Shown here in pieces: positions 13,601-25,940 of a DNA stretch of 64,000 bases (position 1 is its first letter; every line of letters begins with the position of its first letter). Location of the stretch: NCBI RefSeq assembly GCF_046119375.1, contig NW_027362765.1:146196001-146260000 (forward strand), read 5' to 3'. The notes beneath the pieces were generated by a model, which saw nothing but the letters and a program-made list of their open reading frames with translations, was not told where the DNA came from and did not search any database. The translations under genes and the position numbers were made by a program. The stretch comes from Phyllobates terribilis (lineage: Eukaryota).

Positions 13601-16600
13601 AGCAGGTACCACTGAAGCCGCAGGAATCGAGCGGCAGGTAATGTGAAAGGTGGATATGGCTATTTTATCATGCTATCATATTGTTGGCTATTTTATGAAA
13701 TTTCCTAAACTCTCAGACAATTCCTTTAATCTCAGCCTTGGAAATGTGAAAAAAATGGTTTCTATATAGATGTACAATCACAGTTCTCATTAGGAGTCCT
13801 CACCGTTCTGCATGTCGATGCTTTCTTCTACGACTCCGACTCCTCTGCTGCAAACTCCGTGGTAGGGAAGGGTCACCTGCACAACACACAGGTATCGTAG
13901 CTTTGATGGTTCTTGTAGTTCTGATTCCTCCTCTGGATCATGATCCAAACCAGTTATATTCTCCATCTAAAGGAAAATATACATATGTATAATCAGGAAT
14001 ACTTGTACAACCCCTGGCAAAAATTATGGAATCACCGGGCTCGGAGGATGTTCATTCAGTTGTTTAAGGTTGTTGAAAAAAAGCAGATCACAATCATGGT
14101 ACAAAACTAAAGTCATTTCAAATGGCAACTTTAGGGCTTTAAGAAACACTAAAAGAAATAAAGTTTAAAAATGTGGTACTCAGTAAGGGTAATTTTTTTT
14201 CAGACCACGCAGAGTGAAACAATTATGGACTCACTCAATTCTGAGGAAAAAATTATGGAATCACCCTGTACATTTTCATTTCCATAACTAACACCTGCAT
14301 CAAATTAGATCTGCTCGTTAGTCTGCATATAGTCTGGAGAGCTGTTGCACCAAGTGGACTGACATGAATCATGACTCCAACATGAGAGATGTCAATTGAA
14401 ACAAAGGAGAGGATTATCAAACTCTTAAAATAAGGTAAATCATCACGCAATGTGGCAAAAGATGTTGGTTCTTCACAGTCAGCTGTGTCTAAAATCTGGA
14501 CCAAATACAAACAACATGGGAAGGTTGTTAAAGGCACAGTTCGGTCACAGACATTGACTCCAGTTTCCTCCCATTCATTCCTCATTTGTTTTGTTGTGCA
14601 TTTCCTGTTTTCTAGACATATTGCTTTAAGTTTCCAGTCTTGACACTTTGATGTCTTCCTTGGTCTACCAGTATGTTTGCCTTTAACAACCTTCCCATGT
14701 TGTTTGTATTTGGTCCAGATTTTAGACACAGCTGACTGTGAAGAACCAACATCTTTTGCAACATTGCGTGATGATTTACCTTCTTTTAAGAGTTTGATAA
14801 TCCTCTCCTTTGTTTCAATTGACATCTCTCATGTTGGAGTCATGATTCATGTCAGTCCACTTGGTGCAACAGCTCTCCAGACTATATGCAGACTAACGAG
14901 CAGATCTAATTTGATGCAGGTGTTAGTTTTGGAAATGAAAATTTACAGGGTGATTCCATAATTTTTTCCTCAGAACTGAGTGAGTCCATAATTGTTTCAC
15001 TCTGCGTGGTCTGAAAAAAAATTACCCTTACTGAGTACCACATTTTTAATCTTGATTTCTTTTAGTGATTCTTAAAGCCCTAAAGTTGCCATTTGAAATG
15101 ACTTTAGTTTTGTGCCATGTCTGTGATCTGCTTTTTTTCAACAACATTAACAACTGAATGAACATCCTCCGAGCCCATAATTTTTGCCAGGGGTTGTACA
15201 TCTGGGGCCTAGGAAAGCAGGACAACAACCCTGTGGATCTATAGAAATAGTGGGGTTTAGGCATAGTATAGGTGTGGTCCACATCGAAGCCTCTCTATAG
15301 ACATATGCCACATACAGCATGCATATACACAATTTTGGAGCCCCCCCCCCCATATATTATTGCCTTCATGGCCACATAGTACATTAAAGGGACTGTCTGG
15401 GAATTTATGAATAAAATATTGGCAATTACTCACAGCAATTATCCTTTTGGACCAGCCATTAAAGCCAAGGTAATAGTTAGCCAGTTCCTGACATTTGTGG
15501 CTGTACAGCTCTAGAGACTTGTATGGAAATCCTTTCTGCTTGACACATATTTGTACCTAGGTACAAGGAAAACAAGATAAAAAGTTGAGTAACTTTGTAT
15601 ATACATTACTTATTTTGTGCTGATCCTGTGTTACATCCCGAATTACACTCCAGAGCTGCAATCACTAATCTGTTGGTGGAAACACATTGTACACATATTT
15701 ATATTACTTTTTTCCTGTACTGCTTCTGTTTCATAGCCTGAATTATACTCCAGAGCAGTACTCACTATTCTCCTGGTGGAGTCACTGTGTAAGTATATAA
15801 CATTAGTTATCTCCTCCTAGACCTGATTTACAGTCTGTATTATAATCCACAGCTGAACTCACTATTCTGCTGGTGGAGTCACTGTGTATATACATTATTT
15901 AAAGTGTACAGACCATGAGTTACATCCGATATTACACTCCAGAGCTGCACTCATTATTCTGCTGGTGAAGTCACTGCGTACATACATTGCATGACTTATG
16001 CTGTATTGATCCTGAGTTACAGTCCAGCTCATCGTTATTGGCACCCATAAAGTTTAAGTAGATAATGTGAAATATCTCCTGAAAAAAATGAATCAAGTGA
16101 AACAGTTTTTTTTGTATAGAGCGCTCATGTTAAATAGAAAAGAGCAAATGATAAACAATAATTGAAAACCAAAAACAATGGGAGGGAAAAATAGAAAAAC
16201 CTAAAGCTTGCGGTGTCACTGGTTTTGGCACCCTTTACATTAATTTAGTATGGAAACACATTTTGACTCACCTGTGGTAAATCACAAAAGAGATTCATCT
16301 GTGATTAATTGTCGATGTCCATGTGACATGAATTAGCCAATGAATGATGACTTCAGTGTTTTAAAAAGCCACATGGTAGGCCCTATTCCTTTGTCACAAT
16401 GGTGAAGACAAAGGAGCTGTCTGAGGACATCAGAACTGCTATTAATAGCAAACACAAGATTTACAAAGGGTATAAGACCATCTTCAAAGACATTGGTATC
16501 CCAGTTGCAACAGTGCGCAATGTTATTTAGAAGTCTACAAAGCATGGAACCATCAAGAACCTCCCTGGACGTGGGGGAAAGAGGAAAACTGACAAGAGAT

Positions 16601-19600
16601 GTCTTCGAAGGTTGGTGCGAATGGTGGAAAAAACACCACGTCAAACATCCAAAGACCTGAAGGCCACCCTGGAACAGTCTGAGGTCATGGTTTTAACAAG
16701 TACCATACGCCGCACACTAAACCAAGCAGAGCTTTATGGGCGAAGGCCAAGGAAAAGACATTGCTGAAGAAAAGACATAAAAATGAACAACTGATCTTTG
16801 CCAAAAAGTACCTTGACAAACCACAATCTTTCTGGGGAAATGTCCTATGGACAGATGAAACAAAAATAGAGCTTTTTGGCAATGCAAAGCAACAGTTTGT
16901 TTACAGATGGTGCAATGAAGCTTATAAGAACACCTTACCAACAGTTAAGCATAGTGGAGAATCCATAATATTGTGGGGTTGCCTTGACCGTACCACAGGA
17001 ATCATGAAATCAGAGAATTATCAAGGGATTTTAGAGCGAAATGTCCTACCCAGTGTAAGAAAACTTTGTTTGAGTCGAAGATCATGGGTCCTCCAGCAAG
17101 ACAATGACCCAAAGCACACATCCAAAAGTACACAGGAATGGTTGAAAAATAAAAAATGCACTGTTTTAAAATGGCCAGCAATGAGTCCTGACCTCAATCC
17201 CATTGAAAATCTTTGGGGTGAGCTGAAATCTGCCATTGGGAAAAGAACCCTGTAAACATTCAAGAACTCAAACAAACTACAAAGGAAGAGTGGGAGAAAA
17301 TTCCAGCTGAGAAGTGCAAGAAGCTTATAGATAGCTACAAGAAATGTATGGAGGCTGTCAGCAATGCCAAAGGGTGTGCAACCAAGTATTAATTAGGGCT
17401 GCTATTATTGCTGCACTTGCTGTTTATTCTGTTTCATCTTTGAAATTGCAACATGGAAGTTGAAAAACAATGTTTTATTGTTGTATTACTTTGGACCAGT
17501 AATTAAAAAATCATGAAGATATAACTTTGGTACTTTCCATTTATTTCTGAAGATATTGCACAGTCTATGAAAAAAATGAAGGGGTGAAAATAATGGTGAG
17601 CATCCTGTATTATACTCCAGAGCTGCACGCACTATTCCGCTGGTGGAGTCACTCTGTAACTATATGACATTAGTTATCTTCTCTTAGACCTGATTTACAG
17701 TCTGTATTATAATCCCGAGCTGAACTCACTATTCTGCTGGTGGAGTCACTGTCTATACATACGTTACTTAAAGTGTACAGATCATGAGTTACATCCGATA
17801 TTACACTCCAGAGCTGCACTCACTATTCAGCTGGTGAAATCACTGCGTACATACACTACATGACTAATCCTGTACTGATCCGGAGTTACAGCCTGTATTA
17901 TACTCCAGTGCTGCACACACTTTTCTGCAGAAAGAGTCACTTTGTCAGTATATAACATTAGCCATCTTCTCCTGGACCCGAGTGAAAGGCTTTATGATAC
18001 TCTAGAGCTGCATTAACTATTTTGCAGGCCTCAATGCTGAATTCCTGGGAACTTGGGGTCTGCACTGTACTAATTACAGTGATTTGATTCTGAGATATGA
18101 AAACTTTACAGCAAACACTCAGCAGTAATGTGAGATTCTAAAAACTGGCTTTCTATCTGCACCCTAGGAGTTTAGCTAAGGGACTGTTCATATGTGCAGT
18201 TTCATCTGTTTAGAGTATTAAAAAAAAACATTAAAAAAAAATGGACCCAGTTACTATCGGTTTTTGTTGGCCAAACAATAAAGTTGGGCAGAATACATTT
18301 TTTTAACCAGCTAAAAAACGGATTGCAGTCAAAAGAAAGATATTTTATGACATTTCCTTCCTCATTCAAATGAGTGGATCCTGCACTGGATCATTTCTGC
18401 TTTTGTCATCACAAAATGGATCCAAAAAGGAAAATAAACTACTGAATATGTGAACAAAGTTTTAGCTGCGGAAAGTGTTTGCCAACAAGCTTACTGACTG
18501 TTTCCAATGACTCTCAGCAGAATAATGAGCGCAGATATGATACTGGCTGTGACTTTACACATGCTTGATGAAGGTCAGACTGTAACCCGCTGTCATCTCA
18601 ATTACCTTTACAGGGGTGTCCTGGAAGAGATTCTTCTTGTCACACGATGCCTGTGCTCTCTTGGCACTTTGGGATGAGAAGTATTTGATGACAGCATAGT
18701 ACCCAGGCTCTGCCACGCCAGCATTTGGGAAAAGTTTCAGGGAGTACAGAGGTCCAAACTGAGAAAACACTTCTTGCAGAGAGCACTACAAAGAGAGAAA
18801 TGTGTGAGAGCAGGTCACTCCAAAATAAAGGAACATGATGAACAAAACCGAAACTGTGATGTGGACCTGGGGGCAGAGCATGACACAAGGGGTCACAGCA
18901 CACATCATACTCTGCCCCTGGGGTCCTGCAATGGGCACAACACAAACGCCACACATGCTTCTACAGATGCCTTGTGATTATGGTATTAAAGGGAACCTGT
19001 CATGTTGTACATGCAGCCTGATCTGTTCCCAGCATGGTAAAGGGAAGAAGCTGAGCAGTGGGATTTATGGGTTTAGAGAAAAAGATTCAGTAGAACTTGT
19101 ATTTTCTTCATTAAAATCCCTGGTGTTTGTATGTATATGAGTCCAGTGTGCGGTGCTACTCAGTGATTGACAGTTTTCCCTGTATAACTGCATGCAGAGA
19201 TATCTGTCAATCACTGAGTAGTTCCGCCCACTGGACTCATATACATACAAACACCAAGGATTTTAATGAAGAAAATACAAATTCTACTGAATCTTTTCCC
19301 CTAAACCCATATATCCTACTGCTCAGCTTCTTCCTTTTACCATGCTGGGAACAGATCAGGCTGCATGTACAACATGACAGGTTCCCTTTAATACCATCAT
19401 CACAAGGCATCCGTAGGAGCATGCTCTGCGTTTGTGTTGTGCTCATTGCAGGACCCCAGGGGCAGAGTATGATGTGTGCTGTGACCCCTTGGGATTTTAA
19501 TGAATAAGATTCTAGTTTTACTGAAATATCATTTTTACCCCGGAGAGTGGTCAGCAAATGAATACTTTTATACACACGGATGAGCCATAGCATTAGAGAC

Positions 19601-21746
19601 CACTGACCAATGCAGTGATTTTCTTGTGACAATAGCACCCATCAGGGGTGGGAGATATGAGACAGCAGATGATCCAGATGTTCCTACTGGAAGCACGAAA
19701 AATGGGCAAGGAGGAAATTGAGCCGCTGAGCAAAATGTGATGGCCAGACAACTGGGTCAGAGCATCTCCAAAAAGGCAAGTCTTGTGGGTGTTAGTATCT
19801 ACCAAATGAGGTCCAAGGCAGGACAACTGGTGACACCCAAGGCTTATAGGTCTGTGAGGGGGTGAAGGCTAAATAAACCTGTCTGTCTGATTACAAAGAA
19901 GAGATACCATAGAACAAATTGCTGAAAACTTAGGTCATGTGCTTGCGGAGTTTTTTAAGGAATCTTTTGAAGTGGGTCTGCTTCAAAAACGCCAGAAAAA
20001 AAAAAAAAAAAAAAAAAATCGCTAAAAAATTGTTTGAAAGAGACTCTTCCTGTTCATTTCTATATGTTGTTCATATGTTCAATCTTATCAGCGTTTTTTT
20101 TATTTTTGTAATTATTATTCAAAGTCTGAAAAATGCCTGGTAAAAAAAAAAGAAAATAATTGCTTTGAAGCCTTTCATGATGTAATCTGTTTTACACCGG
20201 GCACCATCCAATCAAAAGGCTGAAAAAAAAAAAATTGTAAAAAAACACTTAAGGTGGAAAAAAAAACACTCCGAAGATGCTTCAGCAAATGAAAAACTGC
20301 GCAAAAACTCCCCAAAGAAGGAGTGTTCCGTAAAGCAATTTCCATTAAAAATGATGTTTTTTGACTAGGTGAGGTCTTGTCCCCAAATCTCAATTCGATC
20401 ATAGCTCTGTGGGATGTGTCCGATCCATGGAGGCCGCACCTGACAACTTACAGGACATAAAGGATCTGCTGCTTACATCTTGGTGCCAGATAGCACAGGG
20501 CATCTTCAGAGATCTTGTGGGATCCAAGGCTCCATAGGTCAGAGAGATGGCTGCAGGAGGACCTACACAATATTAGGCAGGTGGCGTTACTGTTATGGTT
20601 GATCGGTGCTTTCATGTCACAGATCCTGTTTCTGGTCTCTACCCTCCATTATGACCAGTGATAGACAAAAGCCTTTAATGTCCTACTGACTTTCATCACG
20701 TTACCAACAACAGAGGTGAGTCTACAGGCCCATTTTATGGTTTCGCAGACGGCTTATGCACAGCCATATGGTACCTCTGAGAAGTGTATTCTCCCCCAGA
20801 AAACATGCTTTGAGGGCAGAATGCCTGCGTAGTGCCACAGCACTGAATGCCACCTGAATTGGAAAAAGTGTCACCGGCCCTGATAACTATGGCAATGGCG
20901 GCAGGCCGTGATCTGCTATAGGGCCTTTTATTTCGGGGGTGCAGCGCACAGCGGCTGTGATATCCCCCTATAGATACAGCAGAAATCAGAGGATCTATAT
21001 GTGCGCTCATGCCTGCTCTGTTCCCAGAAGGTGCCTTCTGTTATACACAGCTGACGCCCATCGGAAACTGCTGCAATTGGTGCCAGCTTTCTTGGCAGTT
21101 TAACCTCTTAGATGCCATGAAGAAGTGACCACAACATCTAAGCAGTTAGAATGGTGGGAGGGGCTTCTGCCTCCCCTTATTGGCCCCAGGATATGATTGT
21201 GGGAACCTGCTGGATTGTTAATGGCTGCTCCGCACCGACACTATGAGGGCCAATGACTTCTATATATCCCCCTGCCGGTGAACAAGCGGAAAAGGAGGGG
21301 GACTAATGCAAACCCCACCACAAGGTGCCCATTTTCAGGGTGTTCCCTAGAGTTCACTAAATGTTCCAGTTTTCCATTATTTATACACATGCACTGGCTA
21401 ATTAGCACGTTTAGGCCTTCGCTATGAGGCTATTACTAGTCTATGTAAGCCTCATTCAGTACATGGGCCGTTAATTTGTCACTATAAAGCTTTATTTATA
21501 CGAGGAAGCTGACAATTTCCAAATATATTGCAAGTACAGTGCATCCCAAGCAAGGTAATACGTGGAAGCAAACAATGCGCATGCGCAAGGGAGACCCCGC
21601 CCACGTCGGCACGCGCACCTTCTGCAAAAAACGAAGAAGAGACTCACATAAATAACTCCTTCCGGTAGCTGTGCTGTGATGTTCCATACAAACACGATTT
21701 TATTACTCTCTACAGGAATCGTGAACGACAAAACCTCGGCTTCCAT
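10370..21746 (-). CDS. RDM1: RAD52 motif-containing protein 1, 283 aa; complement(join(10370..10468,12443..12531,12907..13005,13804..13966,15434..15556,18606..18785,21648..21746))
   Basis: Seven exons with GT-AG boundaries and consistent phases (99, 180, 123, 163, 99, 89, 99 nt). Translation includes [22 protein letters not shown], the [34 protein letters not shown], the RAD52-like motif [35 protein letters not shown] and SGKVAVEY...EEELQRLIQ, colinear with vertebrate RDM1. The true ATG is 21746; the ORF track used the upstream GTG. Confidence 0.96.
10903..12159. mobile_element. TTAA-flanked piggyBac-like non-autonomous element in the last RDM1 intron
   Basis: TTAA-ACCCCATCAC...GTGAAGGGG-TTAA termini; no ORF. 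Confidence 0.65.
14008..15196. mobile_element. Head-to-head palindromic (5'-5') Tc1 derivative
   Basis: TA-CAACCCCTGGCAAAAATTATGG...ATAATTTTTGCCAGGGGTTG-TA. Arms 14008-14536 and 14678-15196 are near-perfect reverse complements. Each carries the transposase 5' end ([14 protein letters not shown]...); there is no DDE domain. Confidence 0.92.
15600..16019. repeat. ~90-bp tandem satellite, left block
   Basis: Repeated TATACTCCAGAGCTGCACTCACTATTCTGCTGGTGGAGTCACTGTG...GATCCTGAGTTACA units. Confidence 0.85.
16020..17607 (+). mobile_element. Decayed Tc1 (DD34E) transposon in RDM1 intron 2
   Basis: TA-flanked with degenerate TIRs. Transposase remnant 16399-17392 ([12 protein letters not shown]..., [21 protein letters not shown]; 34 residues between D and E) contains stops and frameshifts. 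Confidence 0.9.
17608..18020. repeat. ~90-bp tandem satellite, right block
   Basis: The same units resume immediately after the Tc1. Confidence 0.85.
18990..19387. mobile_element. Palindromic T2/Kolobok-type MITE
   Basis: TTAA-AGGGAACCTGTCA...TGACAGGTTCCCT-TTAA; the arms pair over almost the whole length. Confidence 0.88.
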
Positions 21747-21900
21747 CACTCGTTAGTGTGAGACTCGTACGAGCCGCGAATTTAACTTAGACACGCCCCT
21801 TTTCAACTTTGTAAGCGGATCACGTGACGCAAGGAAGCGGCGCATCATCAATGACGTTATCACATAGACTTTAGCGGCCATATTTGTTTTGGGCAGTGTG
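21576..21900 (-). promoter_or_regulatory. RDM1 CpG-rich promoter and first-intron elements
   Basis: Local CpG enrichment. Perfect NRF1-type palindrome TGCGCATGCGCA at 21576-21587 (intron 1). E2F-like TTCGCGG on the minus strand near 21775, E-box TCACGTGA near 21820, YY1-like GCCATATT near 21876. Confidence 0.6.
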
Positions 21901-24020
21901 GCTATGTCGCGGCCTTTGCGCCCTGGTTTGGACACTTGTCTTTGCAGATTACTCAGCTGGTGAATCTCTATGTGAGCGGAATATATCAGCTTTTTACAGT
22001 AATAATGTTGGAATAGGTTTGGTGACAGTCATATATAATAGGGCGATGTTCACACTTGCAGCATGTGTGGCTGGTAATGCTGTGTTCACATTGGCACATT
22101 CTCTCCAAAACAACACAAATCGCCATGGACACCCACCACTTATAATCACCATCATTTCATTTGTATTTTTGCAGTGAGAATGGCAGTATTCACGTTGTGA
22201 CATTCCCGAGAGTCTAAGGCCATGTTCACACCGCGTTCTAGGGTGCACGGCCGTTCCTGAAATAATCACTCCATAAGCGGCTTACAGACTCTGCCTATGC
22301 ATTGCTATTGTAAATTCACTTTGCTGTCCACATGCTCAGTCTCTTGAGCGATTTTCTTCTGCTTCTGAAGAATGCCTGGTAGGAAAATAGTGTCTGTGAC
22401 TTCTCTGAGACATCTCCTGATAGGAAAAGCTCCCGCCCAGACTCTGCCCAAGCGCTGCAAAATAGGCATCAGGAAAAAGACTGCGCCTGGGGTGGTCCGA
22501 CATACAAAGTACTTCTCATCCTGAATCCTTCTATAGCTAATGACATTATATAAACTATTTTCTAATATACTTGAATTAAAAATTCCCTCTAGCTGGTTTT
22601 CTTTTATTTACTACTTCCTATTTTGATAACACTTTCCCAGTGCATGGTGGGAAACTCAAACAAAGCATCATCAGGGGGCGCCACTGCCTAAGCCTCTGCC
22701 CCTTCCCTGAAATTAAGCATCATCAGTAATCTTGGTTTCAGGGGCTGAGCTAATCCCTGTGGGATGTGCACAATGACAGTGCGCTCTTGCCGGCTCAGAT
22801 CAGCAGTAATGTGACGGTAGCAGAGCGCACTGTTGGGCCATAACCCCACTGTCAGTATTTTTTCTCACGAGTGTGAGCCAAAACCAGGAGTGGGTGATAA
22901 ATGCAGAATTGGTGACTTGTTTCTATTATACCTTTTCTCTGATTGTTCCTCATCTGGTTTTGGCTCCAACTCCTGAGAAAAAATACTGACCAACTACTGA
23001 TAGTGGGGCCGTGGCCTTAATGTGTGTTCTATGACTACCTGGCGTGAGGAGACCAGTGATGATATTGGTCACCTATCCTGACAATAGATCATCAATATCA
23101 AATCTCTGGAGAGCCCTTTTAAAGGGAACCGGATAGTTAATACATGCTGCCCGATCCTCTGTATCATCTCAGCCAGGTATGTTAGATTCTGAAACGCTAC
23201 GACATTTCAGAGAAAAAAATACTTTAAATCCACCGGGGACTGAGCCGCACTGGAGACTCGTCAAAAAGGCTGGTACCTGGCAGTTTCACCCCACCAGCTC
23301 CCCTTGAGTAACAGGTATGTGTGTGTGTAAGAAGAGACCTGTCAATCATTGCCAGCAGGCAAGGAGAAGCTGCCATGGACCCACCTGTCCAACTAGTCTC
23401 CCGTGCAAATGAATCGGTGTGTGCATGTCAGCGTGCTTCCACGCTGACATGTCTGTTTTTTATCTGCTGCACAGGTCGCAAAACATCGTAGAGTTAGTTC
23501 TGTTCCCAAGCGCCGGGTGCTGAACACTGCCCTCATCATTGTTCCCTGCCGGTGTTGCAATCAGCACCAGCAGGGGAAAATGTTGAGAGTAGTATTCTGC
23601 TCCCGCAGTGTCCAACTGGTAAAATCCTTAGGACAAATGACTAAGTGTCCCCCGCTGTATTCCATGCAATCCCTCACGCCAAGGAGCCAAAAAAATTACT
23701 CCTGCAGCAAGCGGGCCCCGGACCACCACTGCACTCAGCAAGCGGTGTCCTGTCACTCACTGAGCTCAGCGCAGCTCCGGGGCTCGCTTGCTGCAGCGTA
23801 TCATTCTCCCCGGCGTGAGCAGGGGACACTGATGAGGGCAGCGTTCAGCACCCAGCGCTTGGGAACAGCGCTAACTGTACATGGATTCCCAAGCGCCGTT
23901 ACTTGTGCTCCTGATGCGGCACAATGTTGTCACACTTGTGCCATACAGGTGCACACAGACATCTCCGATACTGTTTTTTCCAGTACCGGAAATATGAGGA
24001 CGTGTGCAAGAGGCCTTAAA

Positions 24021-24307
24021 CAGGGCTGTGGAGTCGGTAAACCAAACCTTCAACTCGGACTCTGACTCCTCAAATTCCTTGACTCCCTACTGAGCGTGTA
24101 CATAAAGTGTAGCACAGATTAATCTCAGCTAAAAGTCTAGACCTTTAGATCAGGAACAGAACAGACATTTATAGGGCATTTCATAACTTTCCCAAATTCT
24201 TATGAAAAAAAAATTATAGTACATCCTGCACTGAACTACTGTATCCAATTTATTATATATTTTCAGAGTCGGTCCATTTTATACAGACTTAAGACTCCAC
24301 AGCCCTG
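24021..24307. mobile_element. hAT MITE (CAGGGCTGTGGAGTC family)
   Basis: TIRs CAGGGCTGTGGAGTC / GACTCCACAGCCCTG; TSD GCCTTAAA / GCTTTAAA. Confidence 0.85.
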
Positions 24308-25628
24308 GCTTTAAAGTATGTTTTTCTCTGAAACGCTGCAGCGTTCCAAAGTCAGACATACCCGGCTGAGATCATACAGTCAATGTCTGATATGTGATGG
24401 CTGTGGATTGGACAGCATGGACCTGCTGTCAGGCTCCTATTAAGGTTACGTTTTCAAGTGGCAGAACATTTCAGCTGTAAATTTGTCTGCAAATCCATCA
24501 AAAAAAATTAGTTACTTGCGTATTTCTCAGCACTTCAGTATAAAGTAAGACAGCAGCACGGATCTCCCTCTCTTCCATGCTGCAACACTTCCAGTCTCTT
24601 CCCGAATCAGAGAAAATCTCCCGTCTCAGAGACAGGAAGTCTTCCAGAGTTATCAAAATAGTGACCTGTTGTCAGTCAACCTCAGTCTGTTTCTTAGGGC
24701 TCATGGACACATCCGACTGTCTTGTGCGAGTTGTGTGTGGTTTTCACAGGTGGTATTCCTTGGGGCTCGAGGACATGTCTGATTTTGATCTGAGGGGTTG
24801 GATCAAAATCAACAATGGTCTGTGTAAAAAATCTGAGTGCAGTCTGATTTTTACGGACTGACATGACAAGGTGGAGAAACTTTTTTTTTCTCTCCACAAG
24901 AAAAACTAATGCCACTTTGATCAAAATAATCGGTCCGTTTTTCGTATAGGTGGAGAGTGGGTGATAAATGCAGAATTGGTGACTCGTTTCTATTATACCT
25001 TTTCTCTGATTGTTCCTCACCTGGTTTTGATGCCCACTGCTGAAAAAAAATACTGACCGAATACTGACCAGCTACTGATAGTGGTGCCGTGGCCTCAGGC
25101 TGCTAGTTCAGGACAAGAAACCCAAAGTAAATTCAGCCTTAAAGGTCGAGCCATTATCACTAAATTAAACAGGATTTTTTCCCCTCATGTTATACATACC
25201 TGCTTACTTGAGAGTGATTGTGTATTGTAGTCTCCTTTCTTCATGAAGTTTTCCAGCAGGTTATAAGATAATAAACCACAGCAATTTGCCATGATCACAA
25301 AGCATAAAACACCCTGTGGCTAAAAGTCAATGGAATATGAGGAAAGATCATGTACCATGATGCCCATATCCTCATCCCCAAAACAATAGAAAGACTAGAT
25401 CCATTCAATGCAACATTTCTGATCATGATGACCTTTATTAGGAATAGCTTCTTGTGAAATTATTAATGCATTCCACAGAGGAACACTCTTTCTTTCTGGG
25501 GGGGTTAACAACTTTTTTTTTTATTCAACAGAACCCTGTGGATGCATTTTTTTTTCACTGAATCATTGAGGTTTTGATTTTTTCGATTTTTTTTAACCCC
25601 TTTCTAACATGTGCTGTACTATTACGAC

Positions 25629-25940
25629 TAGTGTTGAGCGAGTATGTTCTATTAACCCTTTCGCCGAGTATGCTCGGGCTGAGCTCCGAGTAGTTACAGC
25701 TGCTCGGTGATGTGGTTGAATCACTCCCGTGTGCATGATTTGTGACTGTTTGACAGTTTTAATACATGTGAGGAAAGTCTATTTCTTACACATTCCTCAC
25801 ATGTAATAAAGCTGTCAAACAGTTGCAAATCATGCACACGGGAGTGATTCAAACATATCACCGAGCACGCTATATACACTCGTTACTCGGCCGAGCATAC
25901 TCGGCGAAAGGGTTAACAAAACATACTCGCTCATTCACTA
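25629..25940. mobile_element. hAT MITE (TAGTGTTGAGCG family)
   Basis: Palindromic, with 8-bp TSD ATTACGAC / ATTATGAC. Confidence 0.8.

Noticed and set aside
21904-21959. Plus-strand ATG frame (MSRPLRPGLDTCLCRLLSW) with donor CTG|GTGAAT, divergent from RDM1
   Set aside because: No recognisable homology and no credible downstream exons; such frames are expected by chance in a CpG promoter.
25200-25320. Minus-strand exon-like segment YNLLENFMKKGDY, faintly like a PPR repeat of MRPS27
   Set aside because: Similarity is limited to a few residues and no partner exons were found.
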